Shown here: one piece after another, positions 1 through 10,740 of the stretch
How positions within the stretch are numbered: position 1 is the stretch's first letter
How the letters are laid out: every line of letters starts with the position of its first letter
Assembly: GCF_041146345.1 (NCBI RefSeq)
Contig: NW_027191408.1
Coordinates: forward strand, 372,001-436,000
Origin: Neodothiora populina
Taxonomy: Eukaryota
Length of the DNA stretch: 64,000 bases
Direction: 5' to 3'
Made by a program: the position numbers and the translations under genes
Notes under the pieces: model-generated
What the model was told of the DNA's origin: nothing
The model's input: the letters and a program-made list of their open reading frames with translations, nothing else
The model's database searches: none

Positions 1-583
1 CGTCAGGGAGGTACTGCTTGAGAGGCTCGAGTTGCATCAGCTTGCTGATGGTGTCGACGGGCTTGAAGCCGCAGAAAGCCTCAAACTTGGTCAGGGCAAT
101 GGCGATTTCAGGCTTGTGGTTCGGGTCCGTGAAGTTCTCCGGGTCCTTTTCGTGTAGCTTGCTGGCTAGATCTTTGTTTGGGTGAAGTTGTAGAGGAAGC
201 GCCTTCGCAATGGAAAGGACCTTGGGTAGATAAGGAAGCTTCGCGTGGCCGAACTTGTCGATGACGTTCTTTCCGACCATCTCTTCTGCGTTCTTGTCGA
301 TGACATCCTGTAGGTCCTGGCCATCCATAGTGTAGGAAGGTAACACGGGATAGGTTCCGAACCACCTTTTTCAGGTTAGTAAGGGATAACAGTAGGTGAT
401 TTTGTGAGCTGCTCACATCTCGGCATAAGGCTTGCTCTCATCGAGCTTAAAGTCCTCATTGGGGCCCTTGCCACCCCAGCCAGGAGTCTTCTCGCATAAT
501 GCAGCGGCGAGAGAATCTCTGCCTGTCTTGCCCCAAGGGTATTGGTTGCACGAGGCCTTTATTTGAAGAACGGGATCGACCAT
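1..583 (-). CDS. Mannose-6-phosphate isomerase (type I PMI), divergent paralogue; 3' part lies outside the window. Exons 583-417 and 365-<1
   Basis: Manual translation MVDPVLQIKASCNQYPWGK...KPYAEM|WFGTYP...LPYLPKVLSIAKALPLQLHP...FTDPNHKPEIAIALTKFEAFCGF matches PMI type I motifs, with the Zn-ligand QxH and KPE retained. Intron 416-366 reads GTGAGC..CTAAC..AAG. Confidence 0.9.
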
Positions 584-2013
584 TTTTTCTGATGTGTGTT
601 GGTTGGGGTAAATGCAGTGGAGTCGAAAGACAGTATTTCAACTCAATTGGAGATGGTAACAGGATATAGAAAGTTTAGAACTGAACTTGATGCAACTGAA
701 AATGGGAGCATAGGGTGTTTATAACGAGGCGACGGCCCCATCAATTGACAATAGAATGGAGACATTGTATGTGTGATCACAGTGATGATTTGTGATGTCA
801 TATCAGAATGCGGGTCTACACCGCGGAGCTGCTGTCCTAGGGCGTTCCTTCGACCTACCTTACCTTGACACGAATGCTTGGTACCTGCATTATCATCATT
901 CGCAAGCCCAGACTGTGCTTGGTGTGTTTGTGGCATTGTGAATCACGTCGGTGGATGCTGGGATTCATGATGGGAGATGCTCAGAGTGAGGCTCTGTGGT
1001 AGTGAGGGGAAAAGATAATCCAAATACTGTACGTGTTTGGGACGATTGCAAAGCAACATGAGTCGTGAGTTTCTAGAAGAGCACTAGAAGTTGAAACAAT
1101 CACCGAAAAGGGATATTCGAGTCGAGGTCGGAGCATGCAACACATGAGGTCCAATATGCTGCACCTTCGGCCGTTTGCAATGAAAGTGGCTCGGGTGCAT
1201 AAGAGCAACCTTGAAGGTAAGGTACCTTACCTTATGCTGAATGGTGAGGCTCGGGAAGACGTTGGGTCTTGGCAAATTCCCTGCAGGCACTAACGGGACA
1301 GCAATAAGCGACCGTGACTTGTGGTAGGCGATGCTCTAGTGGTGAATGGTACAACGAAGTAGGAATGGAAGCAGCAGACAAATCAGAGGGGCATATGCCA
1401 GCATAACGAAGAAGGCTACACGTACCAGATCTGTGAAATCACCAGCTGAGGCAAAGTCTTGTTCTCGGTCACAGCAAGTCAAAGAAATAGATAGATAAGG
1501 CTCGAAAAGCGGAAGCCGAGCTGATAATACAGTAATCCAACACGAGATACTAAAAGACACGGTACGGTGGCCAAGGGCAGCTGGCACTACTGTCCAGTAG
1601 TATAATTACGGTCTCCATAGAGGGTAAGCGTATCGCAGTAACGACAATAAGAGCCGTAGCAGCAGCCAGTGAGAGCGCCAAGTCAAGTGTACCCTGTTCG
1701 ACGCCTTTTACAAGTACTTTTGGTGTAATTGCACAATCTATACTGTACTTATTGCCTCTGTTCAGGAGCACTGAGCTTCCACTTTCCCTGCGCAGTAGCC
1801 AGTACTGTACCTTTAGCCAGCCAGGTGCAACGTTCCACACCCAACAACGTTCTCCCCTTGTAGCAGCGGATTGGAGTGAAGCAAGCTCTACTGTCTGTCC
1901 CCCCATCGGCCCAAGAGAACCAGAACTGTTGCTTTGCGCGCCGACTGCGCACAATCAACTGATCCCCGTCGTCCCTTTTCCCTCCCCCTGGGACTTGACC
2001 CGCTACATACAGT

Positions 2014-3084
2014 ATGCATTTCGCCTTTCCCCCACGCAAATCATCAAATCCACCGCCGTACGCAATGCGCTCTTCACGGAGCTATGCTGGCTCTCGTTTC
2101 TTCACGCGCGCATCTCGTCTGCAGCAATTGCTGGTCGTCGTGTTGGGAGCCTTTACCACCATTTGGCTGGTGGCCAGACTCTTCGGAGGCTCGAGTGCGC
2201 CGTCAATACCAGCTGGCACCCCCCGAGCCGTGGTGGTCACAACAATAGATCCAAGCCTCAGCCCCAGCTACAAGGAAGCCATCAAGTCCAATAGAAAACA
2301 CTATGCCGAGAAGCACGGTATGTTGTAATTTCTTGCCTGTCTGAAATCATCCTGGCTGACCTACACCCAAGGCTACGTCGCTTTCTTCCCCAACACCACC
2401 GACTATCCCCTCGACAACGCACCCGGATCATGGTCGACCGTGCCTGCTCTCCGTCATGCCATGAGCTTATATCCTCACACCCCTCTGGTCTTTTACCTGA
2501 CTTCGACCGCATTGATCATGAACCCCTCGCTGGACCTCGAGACGCATATCATGAATCCTGCGCGGCTGGAATCTCTCATGATCGTCGACAAGCCCGTGGT
2601 CCCACCAGACAGTGTCATCAGGACCTTCTCGCATCTGAAAGGAGACCGCATTGACTTTGTCTTGACCCAGGACAGCGAAGGATTAGCCGGCGGAAGCATG
2701 ATCATCAGGAACGGCGAATGGGCCAAATTCTTCCTCGACGCATGGTTTGACCCCATGTACAGAAGTTACAACTTTCAGAAAGCCGAGGCTCACGCCCTCG
2801 AGCACATTGTGCAGTATGTCTATCTTGCGTGTCACATGTCGCGCGCGCGGACAAATAACTAACGTCGTCACAACAGATGGCACGGCACCATGCTCGCCAA
2901 ACTCGCCTTGATCCCCCAGCGTATCTTGAACTCATACACCACGGGCAACATCGAAGGTGTCTACCAAGAGGGTGACTTCGTCGCCAACTTCCACGGCTGC
3001 ATCCGCGACCCCAGCCGCAACTGCGAAGAGGAGATTCAGCCGCTCTTGACTCGATGGAGAGAAATTAGAGATCGTGAGCGGTAG
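2014..3084 (+). CDS. GT34 (Gma12/Mnn10/Mnn11 family) Golgi alpha-1,6-mannosyltransferase subunit, Mnn11-like. Introns 2318-2371 and 2814-2876
   Basis: N-terminus MHFAFPPRKSSNPPPY followed by a type II TM anchor; motifs NRKHYAEKHGY, IRNGEWAKFFLDAWFDPMYRSYNFQKAEAHALEHIVQWH, LIPQRILNSY and GDFVANFHGC. Introns have canonical donors and branch points. Confidence 0.9.
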
Positions 3085-5352
3085 ATTTGTCGCACCATCG
3101 AATTCGCATGAGCCAGAAAGTCTCCGTGCCAAACCCTGATCACCGACCCTGGAGGCCGAGGATGCGGGCATCCCCTCAGTCGAGGGCACACAAGGATGAG
3201 CCGCATTGGGGGTAGGCGCGTGGCAGATCTGGCTCTCGTGCGCCTCTAATTTCCGCGAGACGCCCCAAGGCCTGGTACTGTAGAGGCAACGACGAAGAAA
3301 AAAAAATCGATAAACGATCGCTCGCATATAACCCTCTTTCTACGAGCTCACGCAAAGACGGAGACCTGCTCCCCTCGCATCATCGGATCATGCTTACTGG
3401 TGTCTTGGGCGCAAGATAGAGCATACAAGATGGGATTCAGAGTGGACTCCTTCCAGTCATCTCGCGCATCTTAAGCAGCGGTCCCAATCGGCCGATGCTT
3501 ACAGGCCGAGAGGAAGGAGAGGAAGGGACAACCCTCGATGTCTGCAAAGGTCGGGACGAAACTGCAGGCATGTTATTTACTTCGACGATTCCACGGGGCG
3601 AGATATTGGAGCGACCATATGAGACCTGGCTTGGCCATCGATCCTCGAGACCAGTTGCGGTCTGGTCTAACGTTTGACATTTCACTTTTTACACTTCCTG
3701 TGCTTAATTTTTCTTGCTTTACGAATATTGGGAAAAGGTGACATTATAGAAAGAAAGACAAAAAAGAGAAGAAGGGGAAACAAAGGGATTTATTTCCTCT
3801 TTCTTCGAGGAGGAAGATGGAAAACAGGTGTGGATATATACCGTATTGAGCTAGAGAAAGGATTCGAATTTCTTCCTCCTTCTTTCTTGCCCTCGAACCT
3901 GTTGGCTTGATCTGTCTGTCTGTTGGGTTTTCACTTTGTGTTTCATCACGGTACCTCTTTTCGCGCAATGCGAAACATGTCCTGCGGTCTTCATTCGAGA
4001 GACGGGATCGGACATGGCTGGCGGGGGAATCCGCGTGTATATCATCATCTCTACCAATCAGGAAATAGAAGGAACGGAGAAGACATCAACTTCTGATCCA
4101 AGCAAGTGAGGCGACCCTGGCCCCTTCTGGTCGAGCTAACACATCCATCATCGCCAGTCAGCCGCATCGTCTCGTGCACAAGGGAGGTCTGTCCGAGACA
4201 CTCGTAAGGAACCACCGTGCCAGAAGCAGATCGCTGTTGGATGTAAGAAATATACACACGACACGGGGATTTCGACGTGGGTGATTCGGTGGTCTCTCTG
4301 GGCCATGTTAAGCTTGTGGGTAAGTTCGTCGAATTGTATTTCGTTGGTTTGTGGTTCTTTGATCTTGCAGCCGTTGCTTCGTACAGGTATGCCGGAAAGA
4401 TGTGATAGGGAGATATGGCGGGGGTGAGATAACAGGGAAGACATGACAAGAAAGGCAACAAGGAAGACGACGGAGGATATATCAGTATTGTGCAGAGAAG
4501 AGAAAGTGTCAGGAGAGGCCAGACTAGGAAGAGGCGAGATACTTTTGTTTGGAGTCTTGCGAGGAGATGCCTGAGGCAGGAAGATGGGGCAATGAGGAAG
4601 GAGGAGAGAAGGGGCTTATCTTGTCTTCCTAGAAGAAAGAATGAGGAAAAGTGCACGTCACGTCCGTCATAAAGGGAACCCAGAAGTCGCAAGGTGGAGT
4701 AAGTCATTCGACTAAGCAGTCGCGAGCATACTGATCGCTAAAACCGAAACATCTCTAGCTCATTGGTACCTTTATAGGCAATCCAAGTGAAATCGATCAA
4801 ACAGACGCAAAAAAATTTACAACAAGGAAGCAGAAGAGATGGAACAGAAACAACAAGACAAAAAAGAGAATGACTCCCTGGAATGCGGGAGGGTGCTTGT
4901 CACTTCCTCAATCTCATTTATAGAAACATCACCCGGTTCGTTCCTCACTGCTGGTGCTGGTGCTGCTACAGCTGCTTCAGCTGTTAGACTTCCATTCATG
5001 GCTTTTTTCTCTCCTCTGGAACAGTATTCCTGGCGCATTCGCTTGCTTGCTTGCTTGCTACAGTGCTTCTTTCCACCAATTGGTATAATCCTTCTCGTCC
5101 TCACTGTTGTGGCTTCGGGGATTGAGGTGAGCCGCCCCAAGCCAGTAGCTCAGTCAACACACCGCGCTCTATTATGCCAGCATAACATTTTCTCTTATGC
5201 CGTCTCCAAATCGCCTGCAATGCCAACAGCTCTTCCCTTCTCTCCCTTCTTCCCCCTGATCGCAGTCGACAACTGATATGTCGCTGAGATTAGGACTGTC
5301 AATGTTTTCGCACAATATTCGTAGAGCAATAGAAGCTCGTCATGTTCGTCTC

Positions 5353-6124
5353 CTATTCATCGTGATAGAATCGTCGAAGGGCCTTCTCGACCTCCTTGAA
5401 CTCTTCCTTGGCTTGTGCGATCGTGGTTTTGCATTTGTCCAAGCAGACTTTCTTATCGGGCTCGTCGTGGGTTCCCGTTTCATCCTTGTAGGCGCCGAAG
5501 TGTTGGATCTTCTCACACGAGTCCTTGACTTTGGTCAGGCCAAGGGTTGCGCTACTGCCCTTGAGGAAATGACCGAGCGCACTAAGCTGGGCTAGATCTC
5601 CGCTTTCACTATGCATAAGGAATGTGGCGTCAGCACTCGGTCTCATCGATTGCTTCAGACATGCAGTATGATTCACTTCTGATCCGGCGATGAGATACAC
5701 GGTTCAGATGCACATATCGCATCAGGCTTCTCTCAAGAACACTTACAGGTTCGAGTCCATCTTCTGGAAGGTAGTCTCGGCTTGCTGGAAGAAGTCGAAG
5801 ACAATGCTTCTGCTGAACTCGCGCTCTTCCTCATCGTCGTCCATCTCCAAAATTTGCTCAAAGGTGGCGGCATCGATGCTGTCGCCAAACTCAGCCATGC
5901 CAACTGATCCCTCCTCGCTCTGTTGTAAAGATAATTTGTTAGTCGATGATTGCGCACACGCACAAGATGTGAAATGTGGTGGATGTGCCGGTCAGGCTGC
6001 TTGATGAGTGGGTGGGGGGGATCATGAGATTCGTGACGAGCTGCACAATGCGCGATGCTACATTGGGCAAAGTGATGCGAAAACCACGTACCCTGGCGTC
6101 AGAAGCCTGTGTAGTTCCTGGCAT
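5353..6124 (-). CDS. YPD1: Histidine phosphotransfer protein Ypd1. Exons 6124-6092, 5919-5747, 5608-5353
   Basis: Motifs IDAATFEQILEMDDDEEEREFSRSIV and LSALGHFLKGSSATLGLTKVKDSCEKIQH (HPt phospho-His). The GT..AG introns restore a single frame. Confidence 0.93.
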
Positions 6125-8382
6125 TTTCGTGGTCGTTATGTTTTATTATGTATCTACGTTCGTCGCGTCGTTCTTTGCCCGGCACTTTCTGGAATTACGA
6201 GTCCAACCGGCAGATTCGCCTGAGTCGTCGCGTGCGTTCAATGGAGGTCTGAGATGTCGTATTGATGGATATATTCTAGTTCCTGTCAGAAATTCTGTCG
6301 GTTAATGCATGATTCAGCCTCATGCAAGGCGGCGATGTGAAAGCTTTTCTTTGGAAAGAGCAGAGCGACAGATGACTTCGGCCGTGTCAAATGTGTCTTG
6401 CTACGGGAAATGTGGCTGGCGAAGATTGATATCCACGACTACTATGACGTACAGTTTGCCTTTGCTTTGTCACACGCTCGTCTCGACGCTGCGCTGCGCT
6501 GTGCTGACAGGATCAAGATGACTTCCCAGGAAAGAAGGATTGATGGGCAGCACAAGAGTTACTGTGGAGGAGATGGCAACCCAAGGTACAAGTAAGGTAA
6601 TCAGGGCAAACGCGGTGGAGGGGGAGGTGGGGTCTCTCGGGGCATGAGAATATTGTGGCCGTACGGTAGTTTGAGCACTGACCGTTGTTGCTAGCAAAGT
6701 AAGGCGAGGTGTTAGTTACAGGTAGGCTTTGTCTTTTTGGCGGTTGTCTTCGGGACTCTCCACGCTGGAGAAAAGTGACGATAAAAAGTCACAGGTCCTT
6801 TCCATGCGTCTGCTATTAATGGCACAGTCCTGATCTCGAATACCGCTGTCGATGAACACATGTGAGACGCACTTTATTTCGTCAACGGTGCCCGGAGAAA
6901 TCACAGCACTGTGCAGTATAGCATCGGGCTAAGGTGCACTGCAGGTTGAGGAACCTCTGTAGGCATGGACTGTGCGCCCCCATGACACAGGAAACCACGA
7001 TATGACGAAATTGCCCTTTGTGCCTCTGGCGGTTTAGCTCCGTGGGTGCAAGCCTGCGATATCCACATTTGACAGCGTGTGTTTTCTAGCGTCCTATCGC
7101 GCAGGGTTCTACATAAGAAGTACCAGTAAACCCCCGACGGTCGACCACTCAGTTTCCTTAAACATGGCCTTTACGATTGCTGTAAGTTTTTCTTCTCTGG
7201 TGAAGAGCATGTGGACGCTTGCGTCGAATGGTCTCGTGAACTACATCACAGGTGGATGTCAGCCTGTCTGAATACCTAGTCAACAGTGTTCGCCGCCGAC
7301 TGACTCATCACGATCAGATCGGCAATCGTGGGTGACAGGACGGACCCCTCAGGAAGGCAGACGTTGAGTTTGACACAGTAATTGGTACTTGGAATAGGCG
7401 ACGGATTGTACTGCACGCTGTACCCAATACTTGATGTAGGGGTTCTAGAACGCTCGTTCGCATGTTCTCTCCATCATCGTGCGTCACAGGGTAAAGCTGT
7501 TTACGGCACTGTTTATTGTAAATGCAGTCATATCACCAGCCGCGCTTGTTTAGACATCTATAACACACCATCGATTCAACATATATGTAGAGACTAGGCT
7601 ATGCTTCTTTGTTGCCTACATACATACAGTACGGCTCAACCGTGGATTGCCACGAGGTCGGCCTACCACATGGCTACTGGATTGTGGCGGGCAAGGGGGT
7701 GGCAGCATCGTAGCCGACAGCGGATGGCTCGGGCTTGAGCCGAGACGCTAGACATCAGGCTGTTTGCATGGCATTGGTACTTGAACTTTCAGATTTAACT
7801 TATTTGTATAACACATGCCGTAGGTGATTAGTGCTGCATCGACCTGTTCACCCTTTATTAACATGTTGTAAGTTCGTGGTCGAGTAAGGTATCTCAAGGC
7901 GCCGAATCACAGGCGTTGGACTGAGGTAATGTCTTGCGTCAGGTCTCACACGTTGCATGAGTCTCGTATCTGCTCTTCGTAGTCGCGTGGCTTCACAAGG
8001 TTGCGCTTGCATGCAAGTACAAGTAGATAAAGTACGCCACGGGGGTGATGCCCTCGACCGAGAAAAATCAAACGCATTCATTCTTCCTTCAGACCCCGAG
8101 ATGATTGAGATACTGGTTCAAAGGCGTTAACCCAAGTACGACTCTGACCGTTCCGAAGATTCAGCCCGTTATACAATACTGACGGTGTCAGAAGAATCGC
8201 TCACAACGTAGAATTTGTCGATCGATTTTTGTGTTCTCGAACTTGATCAACAAGTCTTTGCTTTGGCATACGAAAACGTAAATTTCTATTGTATACAGTA
8301 GATCATTCTCGCGTCGCACATGTAACGATCATTCCCAGGGGGTTTTCCCTTTTAATCCTACAGCAACCCTAATGTTTTGCGC

Positions 8383-9890
8383 TTATCCGGTAACCTTGTA
8401 GATGGACTCGGCAAGGCGCTTAACGTTGCCTGAAGTAATACCGGCGACAGAGATTCTGCCATCCTTGGTGGCGTAAACGCTGCACTCCTTCGCAAGTTGA
8501 TCCATTTGCTCAGGCTTGAGTCCGGTGTATGCGAACATGCCAATCTGGCTGGTGATGTGGCTCCAGTCGTGCTTGCTTCCGAGCTTCTCGAGGTTCTCCT
8601 TCAGAAGAGCACGCATGGTTATGATGCGGTCAGCCATGCCCTTGACCTCGCCGAGCCATTGCTTGTTCAGAGCAGGGTCGTTGAGGATGGTAGAGGCGAT
8701 ACGAGCACCGTGAACGGGGGGGTTGGAGTAAAGGGGTCGGACAAGGATCTTGATCTGTGAATCGACACGCTTCTTCTCGGCAGCGTCCTCGCAAACAATG
8801 GAGAAAGCGCCGACACGCTCACCGTAAAGACCCTAGAGATCGTTAGCTAGCGGTCAAGTAAGCACGTTGGCTATTGGACAGGGACCTACCATGTTCTTGG
8901 CGAAACTCTGGCAAAGAGCAGGAAGATGGCCTTCCTTGATGAAGTGGCGAAGCGCAAAGGCATCCTTGTCAGTGTCACCACTGGCGAAACCCTGATATGC
9001 CATGTCGAAGAAAGGGAAGTGACCACCCTCCTTGACGACGTCGCTGATCTTTCTCCACTGCTCCTCGGTAGGATCGATGCCGGTGGGGTTGTGCGCGCAG
9101 GCGTGGAGAAGGACAATGCTGCCCTTGGGCATGTTCTTGATGTCCTCGACCATACCATCAAAGTCAAGGCCAATGGTGTCCTTGTTGTAGTATCTGTACT
9201 TCTCGACCTTCAGGCCGGAGTCCTTGAAGACGGCATTGTGGTTGGCCCAGGAAGGTGTGGGGATGTAGATGGTCTTCGCGCCAGGGTAGTGTCTCTCGAG
9301 GAATGCTCCACCTATCCTCAAAGCGCCAGTGCCGGAGATAGATTGAGTAATGGCGATTCTGTCTTCCTTTATTGCGGCAGAGTCGGGGCCGTAGGCGAGA
9401 AGAGCGGCGGCCTTGGTGAAAGCAGGGACACCAGTGATGCCAGCGTATTCCTTGTCGAGCTTCTTCTTGATGACTTGCTGCTCGGCCTCGTCGACTGAAG
9501 GGAGAACGTAAGGCTTGCCCTTGTCATCACGGTATGCGCCAACACCTGCAAGCAATTAGGGAAGCTACAAGACTGATGCGAGTGGCGTATTCTCACCGAG
9601 GTTGATCTTCTCAGGATGGCTATCGGCCTTGAAAGCTTCGGTGATACCAAGAATGGCCTACGTGAAGGATAAGGATACTTGAAGCCGATCGCTGACATGT
9701 CAATTGGAGCTTACATCCTTGGATGAAGGTTAGCTATAAGCTGCACGACGATGACGATGACGACAACTGGAATTTGACTCACTGGAGGACCTTGTGGCAC
9801 TTGAGACCAAGCTGAAGCAGCTCGGACACTCTGTACTCGGAGCTTGGGAGCCTGGGCTCTGAGCTGGCGAATCGCGGTACGTGAGAGCAT
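8383..9890 (-). CDS. AAT1: Mitochondrial aspartate aminotransferase. Introns 9782-9718, 9714-9658, 9596-9546, 8889-8833
   Basis: Arg-rich presequence, then [59 protein letters not shown] (PLP lysine) and DGRIS. Confidence 0.95.
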
Positions 9891-10740
9891 TTTGTGTAAG
9901 TATATTATTGAAGGAAGGAACAAGCAAGAAAGGGAAGGCGTTCGAGGGATACTCTGGAATATTAATTGATTGACAAGTGAGTCGCCGGCGATATAAATCT
10001 AAAAGCGCTATGCGAATATGCAGCAATGACTGGAGAAAACCGGGGATCATCTTGGCACGCGATTTCGGCTGAGGTGACGGGAGAATACCGTAGTTGCCGG
10101 GCCGATAGGGAAAAGGTGATGGCGCTTTGAACATGTCGCCTGATACATGTTGTTCTGACTCCTCTCACCTACTGTACATTCAAGGTGTTAATTAGTGCTG
10201 CTGCTGCTATCACAATTGGTTTAGGAGAACCTTGTGATCCGCTGAAGAGAGAAAGGCCAGAACGACTTCAGTCTTTGTACGGCGAGCCCTACACAGAGTA
10301 CGGGTGTGATAGCCATCTCAGCTCAGTGAATGATCATAATTGTATATGTGCAAGGTAATGTTCGAGGTCACTGTTCGTCGTCTTATTTACCCTGTGGGAA
10401 GACACTTCTTGAGACGAAGACATATGTACAGCGTACGCCTCACTCGGTAGAGCAGTGACTTGGTTTGTTCGGCAGACAGGTAAGGTAGGTACGAACAAAT
10501 TAGACAAACGCAGCAAATCTACATCGGTCTGAGGCCTTCTCCGTACATCATGGATTGCTCTTGCTCATATTTAATCATTCGCTCGACTCGCGTCCCATCC
10601 ACAGTAGAATAACACCCTTTTCCTTATCTTTCACTTTTGCGCTACACACCTAAGTCTACGCAGACGCACGACTGCACGAAAATTCCTCTAACCATTCAAG
10701 ATTGTCGTCTATCTGCACTTCTCTTATTTTCTCTACAATC

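Noticed and set aside
1752..2294. 180-aa ORF upstream of and overlapping the GT34 gene
   Set aside because: TTG start, no recognisable features; it covers the promoter, 5'UTR and a shifted frame.
3520..3570. GACGAAAC resembling a hammerhead ribozyme core
   Set aside because: No CTGANGA partner or consistent three-stem pairing.
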